Shown here: one piece after another, positions 27,468-37,439 of the stretch
Layout of the letters: each line of letters starts with the position of its first letter
Numbering within the stretch: the stretch's first letter is position 1
Notes under the pieces: generated by a model
Databases searched by the model: none
Told to the model about the DNA's origin: nothing
The model's input: only the letters and a program-made list of their open reading frames with translations
Origin: an uncultured Spirochaetales bacterium
GTDB taxonomy: Bacteria > Spirochaetota > Spirochaetia > JABEVK01
Direction of reading: 5' to 3'
Length of the DNA stretch: 50,739 nucleotides
Assembly: GCA_964624355.1 (NCBI GenBank)
Contig: CAZUXL010000004.1
Location: forward strand, 1-50,739
Position numbers and translations under genes: made by a program

Positions 27468-27492
27468 CTTGATTGGCAATATGGAGTGCTAA

Positions 27493-28824
<1,332 letters not shown>

Positions 28825-28861
28825 TCAGCTTGATTTTTAATTTACCCCGGAATAGCATGGG

Positions 28862-29878
28862 ATGATGATACCCACCGTCCGACAAAAAAAAATTGCTATT
28901 CTAGGGGTCCTAAAAAATGGAACCCAACCCGTGGGCGGTAAGGAAATCTCCGAAATCCTCGCCACCCAAGGGATGGAGGTCTCCGACCGAACGGTGAGAA
29001 TGTACCTGCAAGAGCTGGAGGAAGAGGGATTCCTTCAAAGTTCTGCCCGAAAAGGTCGCAGCATCACCGAGCTGGGTTTAAAAGAGCTGGAAAATGATAA
29101 AACCCTCTCCCGGGTCGGAACACTCTCTTCAAAAATAAACCAATTAACCTACGATATGGACTTTGATTTGAACCTGGGTCGGGGCCGGGTAATTGTCAAT
29201 GTGACCTTTGTGGATCCGCAGCTCATTTACAAATTTATGGATCCCCTCTTAAAGGTTTTTGAATTGGGTTATGCCATGGGCCGACTTTTAGGACTGCTTC
29301 CCCCAGGGGCCACAGTGGGACAAAACACCCAGGTTCCTCCAGGAAAAGTAGGTTTGTGTACGGTGTGTTCCGTAACTCTAAATGGAGTACTTTTGAAACA
29401 TGGGATCCCCGTGAACAGCCTCTTCAGCGGCGTTCTGGAAGTGCGCAGTCACGTCCCCCAGAGATTTGTGGAACTAATTTATTACAGCGGCACGAGTATC
29501 GACCCCTTAGCCCTTTTTATTCAAAGTGGAATGACAGACTACCTTGGAGCAATAGCCACGGGAAATGGCCGCATCGGGGCGGGCTACCGGGAAGTGCCCT
29601 CTGGGAGTTACGATCTGGTGGTGAGTCTGGCAGACAGACTAAAGTCCATTGGCTTGGGGGCTTTCCAAACCATTGGAAAGCCGGAACAATCCCTGTTCAA
29701 CATCCCGGTCCACGATGATTCCTGCGGAATAGTGGTAATCGGTGGACTCAATCCCACGGCAGTATTTGAAGAATCAGGGATAAGGCTGGACTCCAGGGCA
29801 CTGGGTGGACTCATGGAATTCTCCCAACTTTTCCCCTACACAGAACTTCCGCTCCGGTTAAAGAACCTTAAAATATAA
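28862..29878 (+). CDS. NrpR-like regulator (winged HTH plus one DUF128/NrpR domain)
   Basis: 338 aa. N-terminal wHTH: ILGVLKNGTQPVGGKEISEILATQGMEVSDRTVRMYLQELEEEGFL. DUF128-like blocks: CSVTLNGVLLKHGIP, SGTSIDPLALFIQSGMTDY, GIVVIGGLNPT. These resemble Methanococcus NrpR as I recall it. Confidence 0.7.
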   Translation: MMIPTVRQKKIAILGVLKNGTQPVGGKEISEILATQGMEVSDRTVRMYLQELEEEGFLQSSARKGRSITELGLKELENDKTLSRVGTLSSKINQLTYDMDFDLNLGRGRVIVNVTFVDPQLIYKFMDPLLKVFELGYAMGRLLGLLPPGATVGQNTQVPPGKVGLCTVCSVTLNGVLLKHGIPVNSLFSGVLEVRSHVPQRFVELIYYSGTSIDPLALFIQSGMTDYLGAIATGNGRIGAGYREVPSGSYDLVVSLADRLKSIGLGAFQTIGKPEQSLFNIPVHDDSCGIVVIGGLNPTAVFEESGIRLDSRALGGLMEFSQLFPYTELPLRLKNLKI

Positions 29879-29890
29879 TTTTGAAAACAT

Positions 29891-30109
29891 TTACTCTATC
29901 AAGTAAGTAACTTTCTGAGGGATGCCGGAGAACTTATCCGTTTCCCACCGGGTGACAATGAGAGAATTTATAAAAATTCTCTCGGTGGATTCCTCAGAAA
30001 TGGTGACCACACCTTTGTCCCCATAAAAACCTTGCCCACCCAGGGAAACACAAGAGGTAACTAAAAACAGAACCCCTAGACACCCCGCAACACCCATTAC
30101 CCTACGCAT
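29891..30109 (-). CDS. Small lipoprotein (72 aa), function unknown
   Basis: Signal peptide plus lipobox LVTSC. A strong purine-rich SD (AAGGGGGGAAGG) precedes the ATG. Confidence 0.5.
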   Translation of the reverse strand: MRRVMGVAGCLGVLFLVTSCVSLGGQGFYGDKGVVTISEESTERIFINSLIVTRWETDKFSGIPQKVTYLIE

Positions 30110-30354
30110 CCTTCCCCCCTTACCGAAGTTTAGGGAAATTTTACTGGGCTTAAGGCTCGGGGAAATTCCCCTTGAAAAATTCGGCTACCCTTCTTTAAAT
30201 ATAGTACTATAAAATAAATTTTTCCAATAAGAATACCAAATAGCTGATTTTTTATTTCTATTTTATATAAAAATCCAATCCCCAGGCTCCTTGGATATTT
30301 GATTTCCGGTCTAAGGAGTACTAATGTATTATAGTAATATTAATTGGAGGATAT

Positions 30355-31005
30355 ATGAAATTGATTTTGAGCCTGTTATGGCTGCTTCCCTTGGGATTCC
30401 TTTCCGCCACGGGAACCGGTGAGGCCCCCGTCCTATCCCAGATTAAAGCTGAGGTGATTTATCTGGAGGGAACCCTGACCATTAACGGATCACCGGGAAA
30501 TATCGGGGATACCATACCCGAGGGAGCTTTGGTGTCCACAGGTCCCCAATCCCAGGCAGAGATAATTTTTGGTGATAAAAACATCCTCAGCCTTGGTCCT
30601 TCCACCAAAACCATCCTTAGTTTGACTGGAATTAAAAAAACCGTGGATCTCCAGAACGGGAGGGCCGCTGCGGTTTTTAAGAAACTAGAATATTTAGCCG
30701 GGGGATCGATGAATCTCCGAACTCCCACAGCCTCAGGGGCTATTCGGGGTACAAGTTTTTACACTTCGGTAAACACCGACGGGGAGACCTACTTCTGTAC
30801 TTGTAACGGTTCCATTCTTTTGGAAGATAATGCCGGCTCCCAGCAGAGGGATACAAAAAATGCCCACCACGGCGCTTTTGAGTTTAAAAAGCTTGGTTCC
30901 GGGGTGGTTATTGAACCCTCTACCCTGAAGGATCACGGCGACCAGGAAATTGAAGCTTTAGCAAAAAAGATAGGCGTGACCGTGGACTGGAGCATCCCGG
31001 ACTAG
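30355..31005 (+). CDS. Secreted FecR-domain protein
   Basis: Signal peptide MKLILSLLWLLPLGFLSA. The FecR-like segment is GTLTINGSPGNIGDTIPEGALVSTGPQSQAEIIFGDKNILSLGPSTK. GGAGG SD. Confidence 0.65.
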   Translation: MKLILSLLWLLPLGFLSATGTGEAPVLSQIKAEVIYLEGTLTINGSPGNIGDTIPEGALVSTGPQSQAEIIFGDKNILSLGPSTKTILSLTGIKKTVDLQNGRAAAVFKKLEYLAGGSMNLRTPTASGAIRGTSFYTSVNTDGETYFCTCNGSILLEDNAGSQQRDTKNAHHGAFEFKKLGSGVVIEPSTLKDHGDQEIEALAKKIGVTVDWSIPD

Positions 31006-31856
31006 GTTTCCGGATTCCGGAACCCCTTACCTATAATCTCGCTGGTGGTGATCACGTTGACGAAGGCTTGTGGGTCCAATTTTTTCAATTCCATGCGAAT
31101 CAAAAAGGCCTGCCGACGGGTGACCACCGTATGTATCATTTGATAATCGTTCCCAGTGAAAGCCCCTTTTACAGGATAGAGGGTAGCACCCCTTTTTAAA
31201 TCCTGAAGAATATATTGGAGAATTTCATCCGGACGGGAGGTGAGAATCTCCAGTTTTTTATGCACATTTAAGTTTTCTATGACCAGATCGATTAACACAG
31301 CCTTCATTATCAACCCTAAGGTGGAATACAAACCCGTTTGAATTCCGAAAATCCCAAAGGACAGAAGAGCGATGGAAAAATCTATCATAAATAAGGATTG
31401 TCCCACGTGAAAACGGGTCTTAACCGAAAGAATCTTGGCCAAAATATCCGTTCCCCCGGAGGACGCATTCTGATAAAAAATGATGGCCGATCCCATACCG
31501 GGAAGAATAATCGACCATAAAAGTTCTAAAAGAGGATCCTTGGTAAGAGGCGTTGTCAAAGGCGTCAGCAAATTTAAAATCCAAACCATTCCCGAAAGGG
31601 TCAAACTTGCATAGACAGTCCAGGTTCCAAATCGGGGTCCCACCAAGAAGAATCCCAGAATGAGCAGAAAAAGATTAATCACCGTCATAAATGGCCCGAC
31701 GGTGATTTGGTCGGGGAAAATGCTGGAAAGCACAATAGCCAGACCACTCACCCCACCGGTGACGAAATTATTAGGGATTTTAAAATAGACGATACCCAGA
31801 GCGATGAGGATTAATCCCGCATTTATGTAGAAAAAAGACTGGAGCTTTTCCTTCAA
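31002..31856 (-). CDS. YitT-family membrane protein (DUF161 repeats plus C-terminal DUF2179)
   Basis: 284 aa. FYINAGLILIALGIVYFKIPNNFVTGGVSGLAIVL, several TM segments, and a soluble C-terminus. Confidence 0.8.
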   Translation of the reverse strand: MKEKLQSFFYINAGLILIALGIVYFKIPNNFVTGGVSGLAIVLSSIFPDQITVGPFMTVINLFLLILGFFLVGPRFGTWTVYASLTLSGMVWILNLLTPLTTPLTKDPLLELLWSIILPGMGSAIIFYQNASSGGTDILAKILSVKTRFHVGQSLFMIDFSIALLSFGIFGIQTGLYSTLGLIMKAVLIDLVIENLNVHKKLEILTSRPDEILQYILQDLKRGATLYPVKGAFTGNDYQMIHTVVTRRQAFLIRMELKKLDPQAFVNVITTSEIIGKGFRNPET

Positions 31857-32335
31857 GTTAACAGCGTTCCGAGAATTTTCCCAGCTTGTCCCAGGTCCAT
31901 GTTTTCCACATCTTTAAGAGCAGCCATTATTTTTCCCGTGGATTTTTTATTCCGCAATTCTAAAGGAAGGCTTTCCAGCACTTTTTCTATGGCGGAGCGG
32001 ATTTGATCCTCAGTCAAGGAAGGAGGGAGATACGTCTTTAAAATGGCCACTTCTTTGTCCGTTTGGGTTGAATCCCCACCATTTTCTTTGATCGTAGCAC
32101 TGGCTTTTTCGTTTTGTTTAATCTGGGATTTGATACTGGCCAGAATATCTTCCTCAGTGGGGTCCCGTCCTGCAAGCTTGGCTGCCTTTTTGGCCCCGTC
32201 CACAATCATCATGATCACATTGGACCGATCGGGATCGATGGCACGGCAAAGCATTTTTTCTTTTAAAAGTTCGGTAATGGTTTTCATAGGATTCTCCCTG
32301 GGGAAAGAATACTCTATCTTCCTCACCCTTATCAA
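31853..32335 (-). CDS. GatB/YqeY domain protein
   Basis: ILKTYLPPSLTEDQIRSAIEKV...STGKIMAALK matches the YqeY family. The start is probably M17 (~32287). Confidence 0.7.
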   Translation of the reverse strand: MIRVRKIEYSFPRENPMKTITELLKEKMLCRAIDPDRSNVIMMIVDGAKKAAKLAGRDPTEEDILASIKSQIKQNEKASATIKENGGDSTQTDKEVAILKTYLPPSLTEDQIRSAIEKVLESLPLELRNKKSTGKIMAALKDVENMDLGQAGKILGTLLT

Positions 32336-32342
32336 TTCATAC

Positions 32343-33398
32343 TCAGGCTCTCATGGCTGCTTGGCGTTTGAAGTGATCCTCCAAAACCAGACAAGCCATG
32401 GCCTCCACCACCGGCACGATCCGGGGACAAATGCACGGATCGTGGCGGCCCAAGGTACTAATGGTGGTCTCGTTGCCATCCTTATCCAAGGTATGCTGCT
32501 CCTGGGAAATGGAAGAGGTGGGTTTGACCACGATCCTAAATATTATCTCTTTCCCGGTGGAGATTCCACCGATGACGCCTCCCGCGTGGTTGGATACAAA
32601 ACCCGAAGCGTCCATGGGATCATTGTGCTGGGAGCCCTTCATATCGGCGCACTGGAAGCCTGAGCCGATTTCGAAACCCCTCACCGCCCCTAGGCTGAGC
32701 ATGGCCTTGGCCAGATCCGCTTCCAGCTTGTCGAAGACCGGCTCCCCCAAACCCGCAGGAACGCCTGTGATCCGGCATTCCACAATCCCTCCCACACTGT
32801 CCCCTTCCTGGGCTAAGCGGGTGATCACCTGAACCATCTGCGCCGCAGCCAGGGGGTCACAAGCCCTCATGGGATTTTTTTCAATCACTTCAGAATGAAA
32901 GCTTTCACATTGGATCCCCGCTGCGCGCCAAGTGAAAGCCAGGACGTCCACTCCCCTTTGGGCCAGAAGTTTTCGGGCGACCGCCCCTGCAGCCACCCGG
33001 GCGGCAGTTTCCCTCCCGGAAGCCCGGCCGGACCCCCTGTAATCCCGGATCCCATATTTAGCCAAATAAGTAAAGTCTGCGTGTCCTGGGCGGAATTTAT
33101 CTTTTATGTCGTCGTAGGCTTCGGACTGGGCATCCTGGTTATAGAGGATGGCCAGGATAGGTGTTCCTGTAGCCCTTCCTTGGAAAACACCGGAGTAGAT
33201 GTGGACCTGGTCCAGTTCCTTCCGCGGGGTGGTTACTTCGCTCTGCCCTGGTTTGCGCCTATCCAGCTGGAATTGCATATCTTTTTCGGATAATTCCAGC
33301 CCTGGGGTCACACCTTCGATGACCACACCCACGGCCCCCCCATGGGACTCCCCGAAGGTGGAAATTTTTAAAATCTGTCCAAAACTACTGCCGCCCAT
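32343..33398 (-). CDS. aroC: Chorismate synthase
   Basis: 351 aa. FGESHGGAVGVVIEGVTPG, RPGHADFTY, GRHDPCI. Confidence 0.95.
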   Translation of the reverse strand: MGGSSFGQILKISTFGESHGGAVGVVIEGVTPGLELSEKDMQFQLDRRKPGQSEVTTPRKELDQVHIYSGVFQGRATGTPILAILYNQDAQSEAYDDIKDKFRPGHADFTYLAKYGIRDYRGSGRASGRETAARVAAGAVARKLLAQRGVDVLAFTWRAAGIQCESFHSEVIEKNPMRACDPLAAAQMVQVITRLAQEGDSVGGIVECRITGVPAGLGEPVFDKLEADLAKAMLSLGAVRGFEIGSGFQCADMKGSQHNDPMDASGFVSNHAGGVIGGISTGKEIIFRIVVKPTSSISQEQHTLDKDGNETTISTLGRHDPCICPRIVPVVEAMACLVLEDHFKRQAAMRA

Positions 33399-33463
33399 GG
33401 GCCCCTCCTGGTGTGAAATAGTTTAATGTCCAAAATCGTGAAAGGGGTGCTTGGGTAAGGTGT

Positions 33464-34807
33464 TTAGCAGGGATGGGGAGCATTTTTGCGGGAAAACCGG
33501 CTCCAATTCAGCAAAGTATTGCACAGAAAGAAAACTCCCAATCCATAAAATACCACATCGGGACTCCCGAAGGCTCCAAAAGCTGCACCGAAGAGCATGC
33601 CGAACAAGAAAGGACCGAAGGCTGCCAGGGCGGCGGTAAATCCGATAACTCCCGCAGCCTGTCTGGGGGCAAACAACATGGGCATCTGCTTGAACGTGGA
33701 AGCATTCCCTATACCCGCAAAAAAGAACAGTCCGAGTATGGATGTAAGAAACCAAGGAAAATCCGCCATGGAGGTGGGATGGGTAAATTGGGGAACCAGG
33801 ACGGCACAGATGGTCATCCCCAGACCTGCCACCGTGGTAATCTTTCCTCCGCCGATTTTATCCGACAGGGGACCGGCCAACACCCGCAGTAGTGAACCCA
33901 CCAGAGGCCCCAGAAAGGCAAAAGCCAGGGGATCAGGAGCCCCCTCGAGCCCTCCGTAAGATTGTTTGATCAACAAGGGGAATGTACCGGCCAAACCAGA
34001 AAAGGCACCGAAGGTCATCATATAGAGGCTGGTCATAGCCCAAGTATTTGTCTTGGAAAAGATGTCAAATTGCTCTTTAAAATTGGCCTTGATTGGCACG
34101 GACTTTAACAGGAACCAGGCACTTATGCTGAAAACCACCAAAAATGGAATGTAGATCGTTAAGGCATTTTGTAGCCAAACCTGCTGCACAATTCCGGACG
34201 ACAAGGTCATATTCTGAGATACCCCGAGAAAGCCCCCACCGACCAAGGCAAATCCAATGATCCAAGGCGTGAGAAACTGGACCAGGGATACACCAAAGTT
34301 CCCCACACCAGCCTGAATTGCCAAGGCAGTTCCCTGGAGTCTTTTGGGAAAAAAGAGGCTAGTCGAGGGCATGAAGGAAGAAAAATTGCCCCCGCCCAAT
34401 CCCGCTAGGAAAGAAAGGAGAAGTAAAACCTCAAAAGGTGTGGAGGGATTTTGGAGGGCAAAATACCACCCCATGACTGGTACCAGAAGGGACAAGGTAG
34501 AAAGGGTCACCACCATTCGGGTTCCAAACAAGGGTGTGAGAAACATATGCACCAGCCGTAAAGCTCCGCCGGCTAGACCGGGCATGGCTGTGAGCCAGAA
34601 TAATTGGGCGGTGTCCAGCTTGAACCCGAGCTGGGGAAGACGCACCACCAGGGCAGAAACCACGAACCAGACGATGAAGGCAAGCATCAGGTTGATGGTT
34701 GTAACCGTCAAAGTCCGATACGCCAGTTTCTTTCCCTCCCGGGTCCAAAATTCTGGATTTTCCGGTTCCCAATCCTTGAGCCAAGTGTTGCTGTTTTTTT
34801 CTGCCAT
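33464..34807 (-). CDS. narK: MFS nitrate/nitrite transporter, NarK family
   Basis: 447 aa. The N-terminus (WLKDWEPENPEFWTREGKKLAYRTL) is colinear with E. coli NarK (DWRPEDPAFWQQRGQRIASRNL). Also GGALRLVHMF, GGGNFSSFM and AGIGNASTFKQ. Confidence 0.9.
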   Translation of the reverse strand: MAEKNSNTWLKDWEPENPEFWTREGKKLAYRTLTVTTINLMLAFIVWFVVSALVVRLPQLGFKLDTAQLFWLTAMPGLAGGALRLVHMFLTPLFGTRMVVTLSTLSLLVPVMGWYFALQNPSTPFEVLLLLSFLAGLGGGNFSSFMPSTSLFFPKRLQGTALAIQAGVGNFGVSLVQFLTPWIIGFALVGGGFLGVSQNMTLSSGIVQQVWLQNALTIYIPFLVVFSISAWFLLKSVPIKANFKEQFDIFSKTNTWAMTSLYMMTFGAFSGLAGTFPLLIKQSYGGLEGAPDPLAFAFLGPLVGSLLRVLAGPLSDKIGGGKITTVAGLGMTICAVLVPQFTHPTSMADFPWFLTSILGLFFFAGIGNASTFKQMPMLFAPRQAAGVIGFTAALAAFGPFLFGMLFGAAFGAFGSPDVVFYGLGVFFLCNTLLNWSRFSRKNAPHPC

Positions 34808-34862
34808 GATTCTTTCCCCTTATGATCTAAACCAATTATAGATGCGGACAGAGGAAGTATAT

Positions 34863-34876
34863 TTGCGTTTTGTCAA
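34863..34876. promoter_or_regulatory. Crp/Fnr-type box 1 (TTGCGTTTTGTCAA), positioned for the narK promoter
   Basis: TTG-N8-CAA. Exactly 22 nt separate it from a perfect TATAAT on the minus strand (34840-34835). The narK ATG (34807) lies 27 nt beyond, preceded by AAGGGGAAAG. Confidence 0.55.
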
Positions 34877-34897
34877 ATACACGAAAAAAAACCTTCA

Positions 34898-34911
34898 TTG
34901 CGGATTCGCAA
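34898..34911. promoter_or_regulatory. Crp/Fnr-type box 2 (TTGCGGATTCGCAA, perfect palindrome), positioned for the ytfE promoter
   Basis: Exactly 22 nt separate it from TAGAAT (34934-34939). Then 20 nt containing AGGAG lead to the ytfE ATG at 34960. Confidence 0.55.
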
Positions 34912-34959
34912 AGACGCCCCGGGGGGACTTGGGTAGAATGTTTTTCTAGGAGATTTTAG

Positions 34960-35658
34960 ATGAACATCACTTTAACAACGACTTTGGGACAATTGGTAGC
35001 CCAATTTCCCCTTCTGACGCCCCTACTGGAAGATTGGGGTCTGGATTTCTGCTGCAAGGGAGAAAGATCCCTAGAACAGGCGTCCAAAGAAAAAGGTCTG
35101 GACGGTCGGACAATTCTTACTCTCATACTACGAACTGCCCTGAAATCCCAGAAAGCAACCCAGGAACTACTAGGCGCAGTAGTGGAAAACCCCGCTGAAT
35201 ACGAAACCTCCAAACTCATTTATCACATCAAATACACCCACCATGCTTACCTCCGGCAAGTACTCCCCGAAATCCAAACGCTCTCCTCCAAGGTTGCCGC
35301 TGCCCACCAGATGTCAACACATTTTCTTTGGGACTTGGAAACCGAGATCCGGACCCTAGCCCAGGAACTCCTTGAACACCTCCAAACCGAAGAAAAAGAC
35401 CTTTTCCCCTTCCTGGAGAGTACCATTGATCAGGATAACAGAGCGGGGCTTGAACTTCTTTTGTTGAAACTTCAGACTGAGCATGAAGCTGCTGGGGAAG
35501 CCCTTGTAAGAATCAGAACCCTCACTAATGATTTCTCCATTCCCGATTGGGCCTGTCTGACCTATAGGAAGTTTATGGTTACCCTGGCGGAATTTGAACA
35601 GGACATGCACCGTCACGTTCATTTGGAAAATAGTGTTCTATTCAAACGATTCCTTTAG
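34960..35658 (+). CDS. ytfE: Iron-sulfur cluster repair di-iron protein (RIC; YtfE/ScdA family)
   Basis: 232 aa. N-terminal ScdA_N pattern: LGQLVAQFPLLTPLLEDWGLDFCCKGERSLEQA. Hemerythrin-like His/Glu-rich helices follow (YTHHAYL, HEAAGE, MHRHVHLEN). Confidence 0.85.
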   Translation: MNITLTTTLGQLVAQFPLLTPLLEDWGLDFCCKGERSLEQASKEKGLDGRTILTLILRTALKSQKATQELLGAVVENPAEYETSKLIYHIKYTHHAYLRQVLPEIQTLSSKVAAAHQMSTHFLWDLETEIRTLAQELLEHLQTEEKDLFPFLESTIDQDNRAGLELLLLKLQTEHEAAGEALVRIRTLTNDFSIPDWACLTYRKFMVTLAEFEQDMHRHVHLENSVLFKRFL

Positions 35659-36794
35659 AGCAGCCGTTCCAATCCTTCCATCCCTCCTGCCAAGGAGAGG
35701 AAACGTCCCGGCCAAGAAGCCTCCATTTCCTTTTGAAGGGCATGGCTCCGCACACCGGTCCGACATACCAATAGGATGGGTCCTGGAGGGAGACCTTCCG
35801 GGAGGTTAATACCCTCCAGGAGCCACGAACTCAGGGGGAGGGAAATCACCCGGAATCCGGCAGCCTGGAGAAAATCCCATTCCTGAGGTTGAATCTCTTC
35901 CGATGGCCGCAGGTCAACGGCCACAGGCCACTGTTCAGGACTGAGGTTTTCCCAGATTCCTTCCCGGGGTGCCGGGGGGATTGCCTTTAAAAAATCCCAG
36001 CTTGGGGGATGGCCACAACAGGGGCAAAGGGGATCAGGTTTCCACCTAAGTTTATGTGAACTCCAATCCCGAAAGTCGTATAGTAGACTTTCCCCCCGGC
36101 GTAAGCCCCCCAACCCGAGTAAAAGCTGTACCGCCGCCAGGGCCTGGTGGGACCCCAGTATCCCCGCCAATGCCCCTGCTACCCCGATATCGGCGCAGTT
36201 GGCTACACAGCCGTCTTCGGGTGCCTGGGGGTAGAGACACCGAAGGCACCCTGGCTGGGACGTTCGGAAATCAAAAACCTGGATCTGGCCTTCCCACTGA
36301 TGGAGGCTGGCGGTGACCAAAGGTTTTCCCGCCGCCCGGGCTCCATCGTGGAGGAGAAATCTGGTTTCGAAGTTGTCGCTTCCATCCACCACCAAGTCCC
36401 ATTTTGCCAGGTGTTCCCGGAGGTTGTCCCTACCAATCCGTTCTTCCAAGGCCTCCACCATTATATAGGGGTTGTGATTTTTCAGGAATTCGGCGGCAGC
36501 GGCGGCCTTGTTCCGGCCAATGTCACCGGGGGAAAAAAGGGTCTGGCGAGGAAGGTTGGACAAGGATACCCGATCCGGGTCCGCAATCCCCAGTCGCCCT
36601 ACCCCAGCCCCGGCCAAATACAAGGCCGCAGGACAGCCCAGGCCGCCGGCACCCACAATCAGAACCGAGGATTTCGAAAGAATCCGCTGCCCCTCAGGGC
36701 CCCAACCAGTGACCCTGCTTTGGCGGTCGTAGTAGGTTTTCTCTGGATTCAGCGGTCCGGTGAATGGTCGTGGCGGTGGCTGCAGATCACCCAT
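35655..36794 (-). CDS. moeB: MoeB/ThiF-type adenylyltransferase fused to a C-terminal rhodanese domain (MoeZ-like)
   Basis: YDRQSRV...VLIVGAGGLGCPAALYLAGAGVGRLGIADPDRVSLSNLPRQ, CxxC pairs, and the C-terminal rhodanese loop LLVCRTGVRS. Confidence 0.85.
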   Translation of the reverse strand: MGDLQPPPRPFTGPLNPEKTYYDRQSRVTGWGPEGQRILSKSSVLIVGAGGLGCPAALYLAGAGVGRLGIADPDRVSLSNLPRQTLFSPGDIGRNKAAAAAEFLKNHNPYIMVEALEERIGRDNLREHLAKWDLVVDGSDNFETRFLLHDGARAAGKPLVTASLHQWEGQIQVFDFRTSQPGCLRCLYPQAPEDGCVANCADIGVAGALAGILGSHQALAAVQLLLGLGGLRRGESLLYDFRDWSSHKLRWKPDPLCPCCGHPPSWDFLKAIPPAPREGIWENLSPEQWPVAVDLRPSEEIQPQEWDFLQAAGFRVISLPLSSWLLEGINLPEGLPPGPILLVCRTGVRSHALQKEMEASWPGRFLSLAGGMEGLERLL

Positions 36795-37195
36795 TGCGGT
36801 TCCCCTTCCTCGTAGTATTCTTTTTTCCAGACCGGCACCCTTTCCTTGATCTCATCTATGATCCAACGGCAAGCGTCGAAGGCCTCCCCCCGGTGGCTGG
36901 AGGCCACTTCCACCACCACAGCACCATCTCCAATCTTCAAATGCCCTGTGCGGTGAACCGCCCGCAGGGCCTGGAGGGGAAACCGCTGGGACGCTTCCTC
37001 CAAAATACGCCGGCCTTCCTTCACCGCCAGCTCCTGGTAAGCAGCGTACTCCAGGGACAGGACCCGCCGGCCTTCGTTGTGGTTCCGCACCCGGCCTAAG
37101 AAAGATACCACAGCCCCGGCGCCTTCAGGGACATCAAGAGAGGGAAGAGTTTCCAGGGCTTCGGTGGTTAAAAAAAATAAGTTAATGGACTCCAT
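36749..37195 (-). CDS. moaE: Molybdopterin synthase catalytic subunit MoaE
   Basis: FLGRVRNHNEGRRVLSLEYAAY...HRTGHLKIGDGAVVVEVASSHRGEAF...PVWKKE. I place the start at MESINLFF (ATG ~37195, 1 nt after the moaD stop). The track extension to 37273 would overlap moaD. Confidence 0.85.
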   Translation of the reverse strand: MESINLFFLTTEALETLPSLDVPEGAGAVVSFLGRVRNHNEGRRVLSLEYAAYQELAVKEGRRILEEASQRFPLQALRAVHRTGHLKIGDGAVVVEVASSHRGEAFDACRWIIDEIKERVPVWKKEYYEEGEPQWVICSHRHDHSPDR

Positions 37196-37196
37196 C

Positions 37197-37439
37197 TCAG
37201 CCCCCTGCCACCGGGGGTATGAATACCACCAGACTATCCGCTTCCAGGGGATGGTCCCAGGCGCAAAATTCATCGTTCACTGCGGCTCGAACGAGGCCGG
37301 GATTCAGGGTGAACCCATGGCGAACCTTTAAAATCTCATACAGTTCCCCTGGGGTACGGGCGTCGGTCTCCAAGACCTCCTGGTCCGTACAGGCCTGGTC
37401 CCGGAGCTGGGCAAAATACCGGATTTTTACTTTCATCAA
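37197..37439 (-). CDS. moaD: Molybdopterin synthase sulfur-carrier subunit MoaD
   Basis: 80 aa ubiquitin-like protein ending in GG (VFIPPVAGG). Confidence 0.8.
   Translation of the reverse strand: MMKVKIRYFAQLRDQACTDQEVLETDARTPGELYEILKVRHGFTLNPGLVRAAVNDEFCAWDHPLEADSLVVFIPPVAGG

Noticed and set aside
27399-27492. A methanogen-type NrpR operator (GGAA-N6-TTCC) upstream of gdhA
   Set aside because: I searched the intergenic region by eye. It contains no GGAA at all.
32043-33426. + strand ORFs of 132-206 aa antisense to yqeY and aroC
   Set aside because: Same GC-driven artefact. aroC and yqeY account for the coding signal.
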